Shown here in pieces: positions 1-14,441 of a stretch of DNA of 64,000 nucleotides. The DNA is taken from positions 57,784,001-57,848,000 of the forward strand of contig OX597820.1 of NCBI GenBank assembly GCA_951406725.2. Reading direction: 5' to 3'. Every line of letters starts with the position of its first letter. The stretch's first letter is position 1. The position numbers and the translations under genes are program-made. This DNA is from Octopus vulgaris. Its lineage: Eukaryota. The notes beneath the pieces are model-generated. The model worked only from the letters and a program-made list of their open reading frames with translations. It was not told where the DNA came from and made no database searches.

Positions 1-114
1 CATCCCACACAATATGTTCCTTACCACATACTTTCATCTAGTTTTTAATTAATTTTGATTTCCTTGTTGTCTCCCTTGCCCTTCCTTGACAAGAATTACT
101 CATTAAAGGTAATA

Positions 115-339
115 CAGTAATCTCTCGACTATCGCGGTTACTACGTTCCAACCCCGCCCCTCGCAATAGGTGAAAATCCGCGAAGTAGAAACAATACTGT
201 ACTGTATATTTTTTCAATTATTTTTATAATTTGCATATATTTATTCTATTACAAATGCAAAACAACACCACGGAGGAATCGACGTAAGCTTAAATAATAA
301 ATCGTTATAGGTGAACCGCGATAGGGCGAGGGGTTACTA
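115..339. mobile_element. pogo/Tigger-like MITE
   Basis: Starts TA|CAGTAATCTCTCGACTATCGCGGTT; ends AACCGCGATAGGGCGAGGGGTTACTA. Imperfect ~25-bp TIRs, AT-rich interior. Confidence 0.75.
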
Positions 340-348
340 TTTGAATTA

Positions 349-513
349 TTGTATTTACTGGTGTTTAAGTTGTGCCCCTAATGAATTGTTAAGTCTTGGT
401 ACAGATATTTTTTCTCTGCTTATTTTTTTACCCCGTGTATAGGTCGCATCCCAATTTTTTTCAGTGAAAATCAAATATAAAATAGCATGTCTTGTACACG
501 AGTAAGTGCGGTA
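349..513. mobile_element. Degenerate Tc1/pogo-type MITE
   Basis: Left TGTATTTACTGGTGTTTAAG versus right CTTGTACACGAGTAAGTGCGGTA; imperfect inverted termini. Confidence 0.45.
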
Positions 514-1290
514 CTCAAATAATCTTGAAGACTCAATATATTAATTATATTAGCCTGTTCTTAGCGTAGAAGGTGTCCACGGAGAAACTTCCTTTTCCAG
601 TTTTATAGCTACAGAACAGATAATACTAGACAGTAATAAACAATTCTCGAGCTGCCATTCTTCTAATTATCGTCATGACCTCGAGAAATATTTGTGTCCG
701 TAGAACAATCCTGCTTCAAAACATGCTTCAGCGACAGAAATAGTAAATTTTCTATGTACATTTTGATAAAAACTCAAAACTCGAATAAAAATTCAAAATT
801 AAATTCATTACTTTGTTAATGAATGAGCAATTTGGAAAATGTCCTGTCTTAAGGATTCTTAGACTCTCACTGTCCGTCTTAATAGATGTTTTTGATTGCA
901 GTGATTTCGTCATTAGATTACATGAAATTAGATACAGCTGTTTATAAGTTATGCTTCCGATCTGAGCATTATTACTTTACTTAAGCCATTGACAGCGCTA
1001 CTTTCAGTCAACATCCTGGTTGCCAATCCATCCTCCAGCACAGCGAACTGTTTTAACCTCACTTTGTTGAAAATACACCAACTGTTGAATGGCAAATGTG
1101 AAAAACACGTTCTTTTGATAAGACCATATACAAATACGCTGTGATTAATTACCAGTGTGTTTCAGCCAATCAGGTTTACTAGTGATCGCTTTAATGAACA
1201 AGCACAGTAATCCAAACTACTGAGTAGTTTATTTCTTACGGTATTCACATCGTAACATCAAAAAAATCAGGCGAGATCTCCAATATATGA

Positions 1291-1512
1291 AGGCGGCGAG
1301 CTGGCAGAAACATGAACACGCTGGACTAAATGGTTAGTGGCATTTCGTCCGTCTCTACGTTCTGAGCAAAAAATTCCGCTGGAGTCGACTTTGTCATTTT
1401 GGAGTCATCTTTTAGGGGTCGATAAAATAAAATACCAGTTAAACACTGGGATCGATGTATTCGACTTACCCGCTCACCCAAACTTGCTGGCTGTGTGCCA
1501 ACATTTGAAACC
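1291..1512 (+). mobile_element. tRNA-derived SINE family B, old copy
   Basis: AGGCGGCGAGCTGGCAGAA head, GTCGACTTTG..GGGGTCGATAAAATAA body; homologous to many copies in the window. Confidence 0.8.
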
Positions 1513-2034
1513 AATAGTGCGAATGTACACACAGATTTCCATATCAAATTTCCAGAAAAATCAGAGTTTATTTCATTTTACGATTTCCATCTGGAAATAA
1601 TGGATGATGGTAATATACTCACCAAATATTACAGGATCTCTTCTCATAAAGGTTCGTGTTCGTTTATTCCAAATCCGTCATGTCCTTTATACCAAAAACA
1701 ACGCCAATCATAATGGAAATAATCATGGAGAAAATGGAAACTATGATCACCGATATTTAGTGGTTCCATGATATCGTCAGGTGTGATGGAACACGACAAG
1801 AAAGGCGATGGGGGTAACGAACAAGGCGACGCACTCAAAAACTCTGGTAGGTATAGGCATAGCTGTGTGGGTAAGAAGTTCGCCTTTTAATTACATGGAT
1901 TCAACAATAACTTGGGCAAATGTTTTCTACTATAGCATACATACAGAATCTACTCTGATTAGCAACATCATCAAATGAGTTTGGGCTTACGTAGAGTTCT
2001 CTATAGAAAGCATAAAGTTTATAATGCATTACAT

Positions 2035-2220
2035 CAGTGCTCCGTAACCTTTTTTTCACTTGTGCTACACTCATGTTCTTTTCAAAATTCGGTGGCACAC
2101 CTGAACTAAAACTATAACTAAAAGTATAAGGAAAAAAGTATATTCGGGTTACACTGTGGCACACCTAGCATCATCCAGTGACACACCAGTGTGCCATGGC
2201 ATACCGGTTGTGGAGCGTTG
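2035..2220. mobile_element. hAT-type MITE
   Basis: TIR CAGTGCTCCGTAACC / GGTTGTGGAGCGTTG; degenerate 8-bp TSD cattacat/ttttacat; repeated GTGGCACACC subterminal motifs. Confidence 0.65.
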
Positions 2221-2419
2221 TTTTACATAGATAGTGTCACTTGTCTGCTATATTTGCATTTACGTATCTGAAGCACGGACGATAAAGTTACGTCTGTTAA
2301 GAAGCATCTTGACGGCTGTCGTATAAAAGGTGTTATGCTTTCTGTCATGGTATTTGATAGAAACATGAGTGATTTATGTATTAAAGAAGCAATACTTAAC
2401 GTATTTTATGGCATATAAG

Positions 2420-3488
2420 CAGTGGCGGCTCGTGTATAAGCACAGCGGAACTGCAGCACCCCCTATATTCACTCAATAGTATTCAATATAATGAGTCTTT
2501 TTGTTTTTTCATTAGTTCTTTCTTTATACTTGTACAGCCTGGTTATGCTAGACAAACTAAAAAATCTGTGGAGAACGAGAGAGTGTTGATCTAGAATTTA
2601 TTTTGTTACATTCGGTTTTGCACTGAATGTAACACCGAATGAGGACGGAAGCGATCGGCCGACTCGTGCTTCTAGACGTCCCGCCAAACTTGAAGCCTTT
2701 TCACTGCAACCGGCTCACCAGCTAACTCGCGGTGGAGTTCCTGTTTACTGTTCATTTTCATAAGTCCTTGGGTAGTGCATTATATAATCCTTGTATATTA
2801 TACAATCCTTAAGTTTAATGTCAGTAGCCTCGCTCATAAAAAAAAACTTACAAACATCCTTGTATAGATTTATGTGCTATACAGTTCCAGTAATGCAGTG
2901 TTTAGCTGTTGTGCACATGCACACATGTCCGAAGAAAGAAGCGGCATACTGGTTAGACAGAGAACTGTCGCTCACGCAGTACCGACCCTGTTACTCTTTT
3001 ACTCTTTTACTTGTTTCAGTCATTTGACTGCGGCCATGCTGGAGCACCGCCTTTAATCGAGCAACTCGACCCCGGGACTTATTCTTTTGTAAGCCCAGTA
3101 CTTATTCTATCGGTCTCTTTTGCCGAACCGCTAAGTAACGGTGACGTAAACACACCAGCATCGGTTGTCAAGCAATGCTAGGGGGACAAACACAGACACA
3201 CACACATACACGCACACACATATATATATACATATATACGACGGGCTTCTTTCAGTTTCCGTCTACCAAATCCACTCACAAGACTTTGGTCGGCCCGGGG
3301 CTATAGCAGAAGACACTTGCCCAAGGTGCCACGCAGTGGGACTGAACCCGGAACCATGTGGCTGGTTAGCAAGCTACTTACCACACAGCCACTCCTGCGC
3401 CTATACAATGTTGTATACAATAATAAAACAATGGCTGGAAATCTTTTGAAGGGACACTCCCACTCATTTTAGTCACGAGCCGCTACTG
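2420..3488. mobile_element. Non-autonomous hAT element with nested SINE
   Basis: TIR CAGTGGCGGCTCGTG / CACGAGCCGCTACTG; perfect 8-bp TSD CATATAAG at 2412-2419 and 3489-3496. Confidence 0.85.
2992..3401 (-). mobile_element. SINE family A (tRNA head, CORE-like block, internal microsatellite, CR1-like tail), full length
   Basis: Minus strand reads GGCGCAGGAGTGGCTGTGTGGTAAG..GGGTTCAGTCCC (A/B boxes), GGCACCTTGGGCAAGTG (CORE-like), then a (GAGTAAAA)n tail. Confidence 0.9.
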
Positions 3489-3827
3489 CATATAAGACAC
3501 ACTAAAAACAAAAAAGTTTCAAAAGTTTATTCCGGGAACTGTATGTGAAGTTGTGCCTCTCATGCACTATAAGCGTATGAAAAAGCGCTGCTGAAATTGA
3601 AAAAATCGACTACAGGATTTATTCTTTGTAAGCCTACGACTTATTCTATCAGTGTCTTATGCCGAACTGCAAAGTAATGGGAACGTATACACAGCAATAT
3701 AGGTTGTCAAGCAATGGTGGGGTACAAACACAGACACGCATGCACACACACAACACACACACACAAATATACACATATATACGATAGCCTTCTTTCTACA
3801 CACATATATATGTATAATTAACCAGCT

Positions 3828-5160
3828 AAAAAAATTATAAATAGAATGAAATGGAAGGCCCACTACTACAATAACAACAATCCTAATAAGAATAATGCTA
3901 ACATGGAAGATATAGACTATATAAAGAGAAACTTCGAATCTGGGCAGAAACCTCCCAATAATAGAATTATATAGGACTTTGAGGAGAAAATACGGAATAT
4001 AGTGAAAAATATCAAATTCAAAATATACCATAACAGCTACAACAACAGCAACTTGGCTAGAAAAATAGAAATACTAAAGAACCAGGATGGAGCTATAGCG
4101 CAATCTGATAAGACCAGGAATTTATACAGACTGGATACACCACTTTATGATAAACTACTGGAAAAGGAAATAATGAAAAAATATAAGGTAGTTAATAAAA
4201 ATTATTTAGTTAATATTAACATAATTTCCAAAAAAATCATGGTTAAATTTGATATTGAAAATAGAACTGAACCATATGTTCTGATGCATCCAAAAATAAT
4301 GATTAAATACCATAAGGATAATTTTTACTCAACCCCACCCAAATAAGATTAATATGCCCTAACAAGTCAGATATAGGTAGACTTAGTAAATTAATATTGG
4401 ATAAATATATTGGTAAATTAAATAAGTTAGATAACCTTAAACTCTGGAATTGTACCCAAGATACTATAAAATGGTTTAACAATATTAAGGATAAGAATAG
4501 ATGTAAATTCTTTCAAATTGATATAGAGAATTATTATTCATCCATAAATGAAGTGGTTTTAAATAAGGCCCTGTCATATGCCATGGGAAAGGTAAATATG
4601 CCAATTGAAGTAAAAGTAGTGTTGTCCGCGTGGAAGTCCATTATAAAATATAAAGATAAACTATGGGCAAGAAAAGACACCAGTGATTGTTTCGATATAT
4701 CCATGGGTGTCCTTGATTCAGCCGAGGCTACCGATCCTGTATGTTTATATCTCACATCTGAACTAGTTATAGAATTCACAAATATAGAGGGTGGTCTTTA
4801 TAGGGACGACCTACTACTTATAACTAGGAATTGTACTAATAGGTCATTAGAATGTCCCAGTGATTGCATTGGGGTTTATGTTAGTCCTTGACAGTAAGCC
4901 ACTACCATACTTATACAGTAAATTATCTAGACGTCAACCTTAATCTAGTCACTAATAAGATCCATCCATTCCATAGATTGAATGAAAACCTAAAGTATAT
5001 TAGTTCTTCAAGTAATCATCCTAAATCAGTTAAAGAAGCATTAATATAGGTAAAAGAATATCTATACTATCCTCAGATTAGGACACTTTTAATAAACATG
5101 CCCCATATTATAATAGAGCATTAAAAGAAGCAGGATACAACTCTAATATAAAATTCTTTA
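3828..5160 (+). pseudogene. Penelope-like retroelement reverse transcriptase (Naiad-type), decayed
   Basis: Motifs in order: INRMKWKA, SDKTRNLY, HKDNF..RLICPNKSDIG, IKWF, FQIDIENYYSSI, FDISMG.LDSAE, GLYRDD, VNYLDVNL, SNHP, YYNRALKEAGY. Contains stops, a frameshift near 4340 and a 58-bp foreign insert. Clade assigned from recalled motif pattern. Confidence 0.85.
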
Positions 5161-5970
5161 ATTATTACAAACACATTAATAATGATAATAGCATAACAAA
5201 TATTCCTAATAAAACTAATAATAAATCTAGCAGTAAAATGTGAATAATAATAATAAAAGACAATATAACAAACTAAATAAAGATAAAAATAATATAGTTG
5301 TTAATAAGGATTACAATAATGATAATGAGAATAAGAGCAATAATAAAAAAAGAAAACATAGTAAGCAGTGTAAGAGATAAGAGATTGCTCCGGGCTCGCA
5401 TTAGGCAAGAAATAGAAAATTTATTTGGACCATGACACTGCATTGACCCTAAGTAAAGCATGTTTGAGAACTACTATTCTAGACTGATAGGCCGTGCCAG
5501 ATTTGCGAACGCCATTCATCTATGACCTTATCAGCAGTTAAAGCAGAGTTCAAAGTACACTATTCGTTTCAAATATTCCACTTTAAAATTCATGTTTGTT
5601 TAAGCTGGATTATTAAATTTGATTTCACCAAGTTTTTCAATGTTGAGAGATTTTATTTCCCCTATTATTCTATTTCTATATAGTTCATAATATTTACGAG
5701 TGTGTGTGGTGTTGTTTCGTCTTAGATATGTATGAACGGTATTTCAAGTGTTTAGGCGTATTCATTCGCCACACACGCAATCAAATAAGCAAATGAGTAA
5801 AGCAACATGTGACTTGAACTACGCTTTTTGTTTCAATGAGATGATTCCCAGTAGATTCCCTATTTAATCCCAAGCGATCTATTACTGTTAATTGTTTTGG
5901 TTCAATACATGTCAGTAAAACTCATGACATGGAAAACAAATATTAAAAAAAAGTTGAATGGTTATGTAGA

Positions 5971-6325
5971 GGTGCAGGAGTGGTTGTATGGTAAGAAGTT
6001 TGCTTCCTAACTACATGGTTCTGGGTTCAGTGCCACTATGTGGAACCTTGGGCAAATGTCTTCTTCTATAGCCACGGCCTACCAAAGCCTTGTGAGTGGA
6101 TTTGGTAGACGGAAACTGAAAGAAGACTTGTACATAGATATGTATATATCTGTGTGAGTGTTTTTGCGTCAATGTTTGGAGTCCCCGTAACTTAGCGGGT
6201 CGGCAAATTACTAGTCCCCCGCCGCAATAAATCCTGGAGTCGATTTGTTCGACTTAAAAGCAGTTCAAGACGGTGTTTCAGCACGACCGCAGTTAAATGA
6301 CTGAAACTAGTAAAAGAATAGAAAA
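5971..6325 (+). mobile_element. SINE family A
   Basis: Same head, CORE-like block and tail as 2992-3401. Confidence 0.85.
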
Positions 6326-6721
6326 ATAAACCGACGTAGAGCACATTGTTAAATGCAGGCCGTCATAGTTGACGACTTGAGGTGGTGAGCTGAAAAAATA
6401 ATTTCCAGTCAATTGCAATTATAACCGTAAGGAGAAAATTCATCAGAGTAAATGAAAATTATTCTCACATCAAGTAAGGGAGTGAACTCAGATAATTTCA
6501 ATCGATCAAATATGACATTAAATTACGTTGGGCAGAGAACGAGTCTAACCTTTGTACGCCTAGGTTGTGGTGGTGTTATTGTTTTTACACTAAGACTAGC
6601 CCTGATCTATGGTCAATCATGTTCCTTCCTCTTCAAACCTAATCATACAATGTATCTCACCTTTGTTCAATACGAATAAGAGGAAATTTTAGATGCTATG
6701 TTAAACAGGTATAATCGACGG

Positions 6722-6851
6722 CAGGGCTGTCTGAGCAGCACTGCGGGCCCCAGTGATTGCACTGGGGTCTATGTTAGTCCTTGACAGTAAGCCACTGCCA
6801 TACTTAGATCAGATTTGGGTTCCACTGTGCCCAGGCCTTAAGATGGCGCTA
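6722..6851. mobile_element. Small hAT-like MITE
   Basis: CAGGGCTGTCTGAG start and CTTAAGATGGCGCT end form degenerate inverted termini. Confidence 0.5.
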
Positions 6852-7193
6852 TATAGTGGTAGGTTCATTAGTGATGAATTTAGCTCTGATGGAGTTTTCT
6901 CTGACGTCAATGATGATCATTATTAGCTTCGAAACTCTGATGTCACGTACACTAGTCTCGTTGCCTAAGAATGAGATTATCCTTGTACTTTGAGGGCAAT
7001 CTCAAGAGAGAGCAAGAGACTAGCAGAGTGAACTGTATAATATCTGACAGTAGACAACCTGAAACAACTGCTTCACTTTTCCCCAGGATAATCACGAATC
7101 TTCATATTTTGGCTTGGAGTTTCATAATTACTGGCGTGGTACACGAAGTGATGGAGATGGTTCTTCTATTACTTAATAATATAGAGGAGGATA

Positions 7194-7552
7194 AGGCGGT
7201 GAGCTGGCAGAATCGTTAGCACGTCGAGCATTTCATCTGTCTTTACGTTCTGAGTTCAAATTCTGCCGATGTCGACTTTGCCGTTCATCCTTTCGGAGTC
7301 GATGAAATAAGTACCAGTTGAGCACTGCGGTCGTTGTAACCGACATACCACTTCCTAAAAATTGCTGGCCTTGTGCCAAAATTTGAAACCTGTTTTTAAA
7401 GTAATCAAAGTTGTATAGTATTTGGGAGGGGACAAATATAATCGACTATGCCATTTGTCCTTTCGGGGTTGATAAAATAAGTACCAGTTAAGCTCTTAAT
7501 CGACTTACCCTTTCCTCTTAGATTACTGGCATTCTGCCAAAATTTGAAGCCA
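7194..7552 (+). mobile_element. Two SINE family B copies (one near full length, one 3' fragment)
   Basis: AAGGCGGTGAGCTGGCAGAATCGTTAGC head; repeated GATAAAATAAGTACCAGTT..GTGCCAAAATTTGAA body. Confidence 0.8.
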
Positions 7553-8074
7553 AATTAGTAGAGTGAGGTGTGAGGGAACTTCGCTGCAGTTTCTAGGAAG
7601 CCTAGTGAAGATGTAGCTGTTTCCTCGTTGGTTCGTTGCCGGTGAATGTTGCGGGTTAAAGCGTTCTGTATATTTGGCGTTTGTAAAAGATGTGGCTGCT
7701 GATGAAAGCGGGAAAGACAGAAAAGACAGAAAAAGGAAAAAAATAAACTAAAAATGGGGAGCTAAAACAAAAAAAAAAAAAAGGAAATGAAATAGAATAA
7801 ATTAACGAAACAAAAAAAAAACTCAAACATTAATAAATATGGTAAAACGTACGCGCACACAATCACACACATACACATATTCATACACACACACATACAC
7901 AAGCACAAACAAAAACAAGCAGATTCACACACACTCACACACACCTTTGCACCAGTAGAAACACATGTGTTTTAATATTTCTTTAAAAAGAAAGAGAAAA
8001 AAAAAGCAAATAACACATTAAATGAGAAAAATACATACTTTCTTTTCTTTTCTGTTAATTTTGATTTACCAAGA

Positions 8075-8738
<664 letters not shown>

Positions 8739-8931
8739 GCACGCCTGTGTGTTGGCTTATTAATTGTTTCGTTTCGTTTCATTAGGTTTTCCCCGCTTTT
8801 TTTTTTTTTCAATTTTGTACGTCTTTATATTTGTGTATGCATTTTATTTTTGTAGGTCTTCTTTCTCCAAACAATTTCCACTTCATCAGAAATCTAATAC
8901 TTTTCCTCAAGTTGCTACGTATTTGCTTTAG

Positions 8932-9118
8932 CTATTTTTTCCAGCAGGATTCATTAGTCTGAAAAATTAACATATGACACACACGCACACACACACACAC
9001 ACACGCACAAACACACACACACACGCACACATACATACATACATACATACACACAGTGATTAACTCGCAGAGACACATGTACACGCACAGACACACATAT
9101 TAACTCGCAAGGACACAT

Positions 9119-9192
<74 letters not shown>

Positions 9193-9357
9193 ACATACAT
9201 AGCGCCCTCACACACATGCGCGTAGATGTGCACTGACACAGTTTCTCTCACACCCACATACATACTCACGTTGCATGCATTTTCCCAAATATAATTATAA
9301 ACAGCAATTCCGGTTGCAGATTGAGTATACATCCCACCGCATTTGAGCTTATATGCG

Positions 9358-9399
<42 letters not shown>

Positions 9400-9598
9400 A
9401 TTTTTTCCAGCAGGATTCATTAGTCACGTGTATATATATATATATGATATACACTCACACACACACACACACACACTATACACACACACATACGCACACA
9501 TACATACATACATACATACACACACATTACACTCAGACCCATACACACGCACAGACACAGACCAATCTCGCAAGAACACATGCATGTATACACACTCA

Positions 9599-9647
<49 letters not shown>

Positions 9648-9812
9648 ACATACATAGCGCCCTCACACACATGCGCGTAGATGTGCACTGACACAGTTTC
9701 TCTCACACCCACATACATACTCACGTTGCATGCATTTTCCCAAATATAATTATAAACAGCAATTCCGGTTGCAGATTGAGTATACATCCCACCGCATTTG
9801 AGCTTATATGCG

Positions 9813-9860
<48 letters not shown>
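8932..9860. repeat. Tandem duplication, unit about 455-465 bp, containing (CA)n/(TG)n
   Basis: CTATTTTTT(T)CCAGCAGGATTCATTAGTC at 8932 and 9398; the unique stretch 9190-9360 is repeated at an offset of 455. Confidence 0.9.
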
Positions 9861-9862
<2 letters not shown>

Positions 9863-10023
9863 TGTGTATAAGGGTGTACATGTGATTGGCCACGTGTATA
9901 TATATATATATATATATATATTTGTCTATGTCTATGTTTGTATATATGTGTGTGTATATGTGTTTGTGTGTCTGTGTGTGAGTGTCTGTGTATAGGAAGA
10001 GATATATAGACAGACAGACAGAC

Positions 10024-10064
<41 letters not shown>

Positions 10065-10081
10065 TAGATAGATAGATAGAT

Positions 10082-10128
<47 letters not shown>

Positions 10129-10920
10129 CACATACATACATGCATACGTACATATATAGGCACACAGACACAGGCGCATGCTCACGTATGCATGCTTAAT
10201 CTGCATCCGCAAACGCTGTTGGTAATTACGTTTTGAAAATCACAAACACTCGTACGCGCACACATACACGCAGTATGTGAACTTGCACGTGTGTGTGTGA
10301 GAGAGAGAGAGAGTGTATGTGTGTGTGTGTGTGTGTATGTTCGTGGTTCCAGAGTATACAAATATACATAAACATATACACATATATACATTCATACATG
10401 CATACATACATACATACACACATACATACATAATACATACATACATACATACATACATACATACATACATACACACACACACATTCATTATATATATGTA
10501 TATATTCCACTTGGCCAAAGCATTACCAATAGCTGCTTGTTAGGATCCAATATATTGCGCATTATTAAACAGATTCAGCACCTAATTTCGATATGAACCA
10601 GAAGGTTCCTACGACGGATGATATTTACAAATTTATTCTGACTTTACATTATGAGTTCCAATACTGTCAGGATAGACTTTGTATTTCATCCTTTAAGGGT
10701 CGATAAAATAAGTATCAGCTTAGTACTAGGGTCAAGGTTATCGACTAGCCCACCCGCTAGAGTTGCTGGTCTTGTGCCAAATTTTGAAACCAATATTAAT
10801 TTATAAATAATTGACAAAAGAACAAGAGTTATGTAATCACCTTCATTAGGTCACAACTGTTCCTACAAGGAACAGTGCACACAAATATATATACATATGC
10901 ATAATATCTATGTATCTATG

Positions 10921-10955
<35 letters not shown>

Positions 10956-10958
10956 ATA

Positions 10959-11012
<54 letters not shown>

Positions 11013-11110
11013 AATGTATATATAGAGGGTATTATACATACATGCCAGAGGGCATTATACATACATGACACACGCTAAGAGGGACAATTAGTCATTTCTA
11101 CCAAAAATTG

Positions 11111-11169
<59 letters not shown>

Positions 11170-11399
11170 CATATATACACAATTGATTTGATTTGAAAAC
11201 CCCACTAGATTGGGAGAAAGCGCTAATCCGAATGATATGATCTGAATGATATGATATATATGTAAAAAGACGTATATATATAAATAAATATATATATATA
11301 TATGATACCATCCGATATGATTACCTCATTTTTTCTAATATACACATATATATATATATATACATTTATATATATACATATATATGCATACATACACAT

Positions 11400-11620
11400 A
11401 TGTAATCACACGCGCTTTTCCCTCTCTGGACTGTTTTTCCTCTCTGGACTATTTTCCCTCTCCGGACCTTTCCTTTCTCCTCTTACTGACAGAGTCATAC
11501 CCGAAACGTTAAAATCGTTCTATTTTTTCCCCCATTACTGAGCGTCAAGCTAATACATTCCATGTGAACGTCTTGTTGTTGTTTTGTTATTTGTTACTTT
11601 CAGTGTTCGATTTGACTATA
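11400..11620 (+). mobile_element. PLE-type terminal-repeat element with degenerate hammerhead, flanked by TA repeats
   Basis: CTGACAGAGTCATACCCGAAACGTT followed by CTGAGCGTC..CTAATACA and a T-rich 3' part; same layout as the elements at 42010 and 59003. Confidence 0.55.
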
Positions 11621-12407
11621 TATATATTGATCAAGCATTGAATATATAATCACCTATTAGTGCTCAGAGAAATTAAATTCTTAAACTTCAACTTCCTCAT
11701 TAAAGTAAGGAGATCCACTGCTTCCCTTGATGTTGCACTCGTCTGAAGAAACATCTTGAATTTTCTGCAAAATGATATCCCGCAATGAAGATTCTTGATA
11801 GTTGATTTTAGGTTGCCTCAGTATTAGTTAGGTCTGTTTGCATAATATGCATTGTTATATCAGCTCGCTTGAAACAGCTGTAAAGAGAAGGCCTGCTTAT
11901 ATAATGTAAAGTGTATATGCAAATTTTCATATATAAAAGGCACATAATACTGAGTAGGATAGAGAGAGAGAGACAGTGAGAGAGAGAGAGAGTAACTGAG
12001 AGATAGATAGATAGAAAGAAAGATAGAAGAAAACAGCGAGATAAATATGGCAGCTCAACAAAAACGCTTCGTAACTCGTTTAAACATGGATTATGCTCTT
12101 AAGGCGGTCAACGAATAATTAGATATCAAGCAGTGGTGGACCAGAAGCAAATGGAAAAGAAAAAAAGAAAAAACAGTAAGACTGAAGGTTATACATGCCA
12201 TGCGATATTGATTTATGTATATTATTTCGCTGATTTGCAAACACAATTCCACATATTGGAAGACAGTGCTTCAAGAATTCAGATTATACATAGTAGTCGG
12301 CAACGTGGTTGTAGATATAAAATCGGTTGGGACTTGAACAAAAACTGACTGGATTAGCACTGTCTGATGAGGTGGGGCGAAAAATACCTCCAAAATGATA
12401 AGCTTAA

Positions 12408-12470
<63 letters not shown>

Positions 12471-13090
12471 TACACGCGCGCATGCATTAAAAAACATTTT
12501 AGTTGGACCGGAAGAGCAGTGCCCGTGAGCATCTTTTGAGCTCTCGACACACGTGTGCGAAAGGAAGGTATCCAGGAACTGGAAACCTTATCCCGAATGC
12601 TTGCAACAGAATGAGTTCTGTTAAAGGCAACAAAAAGCCAGACATTAGTGTTAAGCCGGATCAAGCATACCGCTCAAATAAATGACTGTGGGATTTCAAC
12701 TTGGAATGCAAAGGGGAGGTTCAATTACCGTAAGGTACCGTATACGATTCTCTAACGCTTCCGCCAGTCTACTGACTTGTGTTGGCACTTTATTTAGCGA
12801 CCTTTCTTGGAAGAAAATAAAACATTGACCTTGGTGGAATTTGAACAAGGAAAGCAAAGTGCCGGAACAAAAACCAGTGATATATGTGTATATAAATATA
12901 AATATATACATACATACACTCACAAACACACACTCGCACGCAAACACACACACACGCACACACATTTATTTGTATATGTAAATATATATATACTTATATG
13001 CATACATACTTATGTATACATGTGTGTATAAATATATATATATATATATTTACATATATATTTATGTATATTTGCTTATGTATGTGTGTG

Positions 13091-13155
<65 letters not shown>

Positions 13156-13489
13156 TTGTATGTATGAGTGGGCGTCTCTGTGTGTATGCATGAATGTGTG
13201 TCTGTGATTCTATATGATGTGTGAGCGAGTAATATGACCCATTACGTTGTTTCCGTACCATGGTTTCATATAGGTTATCGGTAGCCAGCATCTAGAATGT
13301 TCAGTGGGCACAACGTTGAGATAATATAGCAAAAGTAAGACTAGATATTCTTTTATTTCGTTCCAGACGTGTTACTCAACTGTTAATAGAAGCCTTCATT
13401 ATTGTCTGACTTGCCTCACTTCTGTATTCAAAATCTAAGACTTTGAAGTTGGGTGCTTTTAAAAATTACGATGACTGTTGCTTGTCATC

Positions 13490-13541
13490 ACCGATACCAT
13501 CGTCATCGTCATCACCCATCACGAACGTCATCATCTTCACC

Positions 13542-13575
<34 letters not shown>

Positions 13576-13914
13576 TCATCATCACCACATCATCATCACA
13601 TCATCATCATCATCACCACATCATCATCATCATACCACCACCACATCATCATCATCATCATCATCACCACCACCACCATCATCACCACCACTACCACCAC
13701 CACCTGCTCCACAACCCACTTGTGGGTGTTGTTATTATTGCTATAACTATTATTCTTATCATTATTGTTGTCGTTATAACTATTATTACTATTATTATTT
13801 TTAGTGTTGTTGTTGTTGTAGTTATTATCATTATTATTGTTATTATTGTTATTATTATTATTATTGTTGTTGTTGTTGTTGTTATTATTATTATTATCAT
13901 TATTATTATTATTA

Positions 13915-13972
<58 letters not shown>
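13490..13972. repeat. Compound trinucleotide repeat (CAT/CAC then TAT/TGT)
   Basis: Directly visible; source of the poly-His/Ile/Asn ORFs. Confidence 0.95.
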
Positions 13973-13974
<2 letters not shown>

Positions 13975-14441
13975 CATTCGTTAGTTTGAAAGATTATCTC
14001 TACTTCTCGTCCACTGAACATCGTTAGATATTCACTTAGATAACCTACGAGGAATTATTCATTTTAATGGCTACTTTTATGCACACATACATACATACAT
14101 ACATACATACATACATACATACATACATACACACATACATACATACATGCATACACACATACGTCATACATACGCATTTTTGTGTGTATGCATGTATCAT
14201 ATACATACAAAGACAAACATTTATATGAATATAAATATACACAAACATACACATAAATAAAAATACGAAAGTATGTGTGAATAAATGTGTATATAAATGT
14301 GTATATAAATGTGTGTATGTGTGTGTGTGTGTGTTTGTGTGTGTTTGTGTGTGTTTGTGTACATAAATAAGTAGATGTATGTGTGAATGTGTGCTTGTTA
14401 CTTAGTCCAAGAAAAACAGACAATGTTTCTAATTTTTGCAG

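Noticed and set aside
3828-5160. Selenocysteine read-through in the PLE ORF
   Set aside because: The interruptions seen are TAG stops and frameshifts, not in-frame TGA at conserved Cys positions.
11416-11468. Three ~20-bp direct repeats as a CRISPR-like array
   Set aside because: No spacers, eukaryotic context; simple tandem repeat within a mobile element.
13273-13334. AG..GTAAGA-bounded possible exon
   Set aside because: Stops in all three frames; it could only be non-coding.
13443-14027. 194-aa poly-His/poly-Ile ORF
   Set aside because: Compound trinucleotide repeat, open in several frames on both strands.
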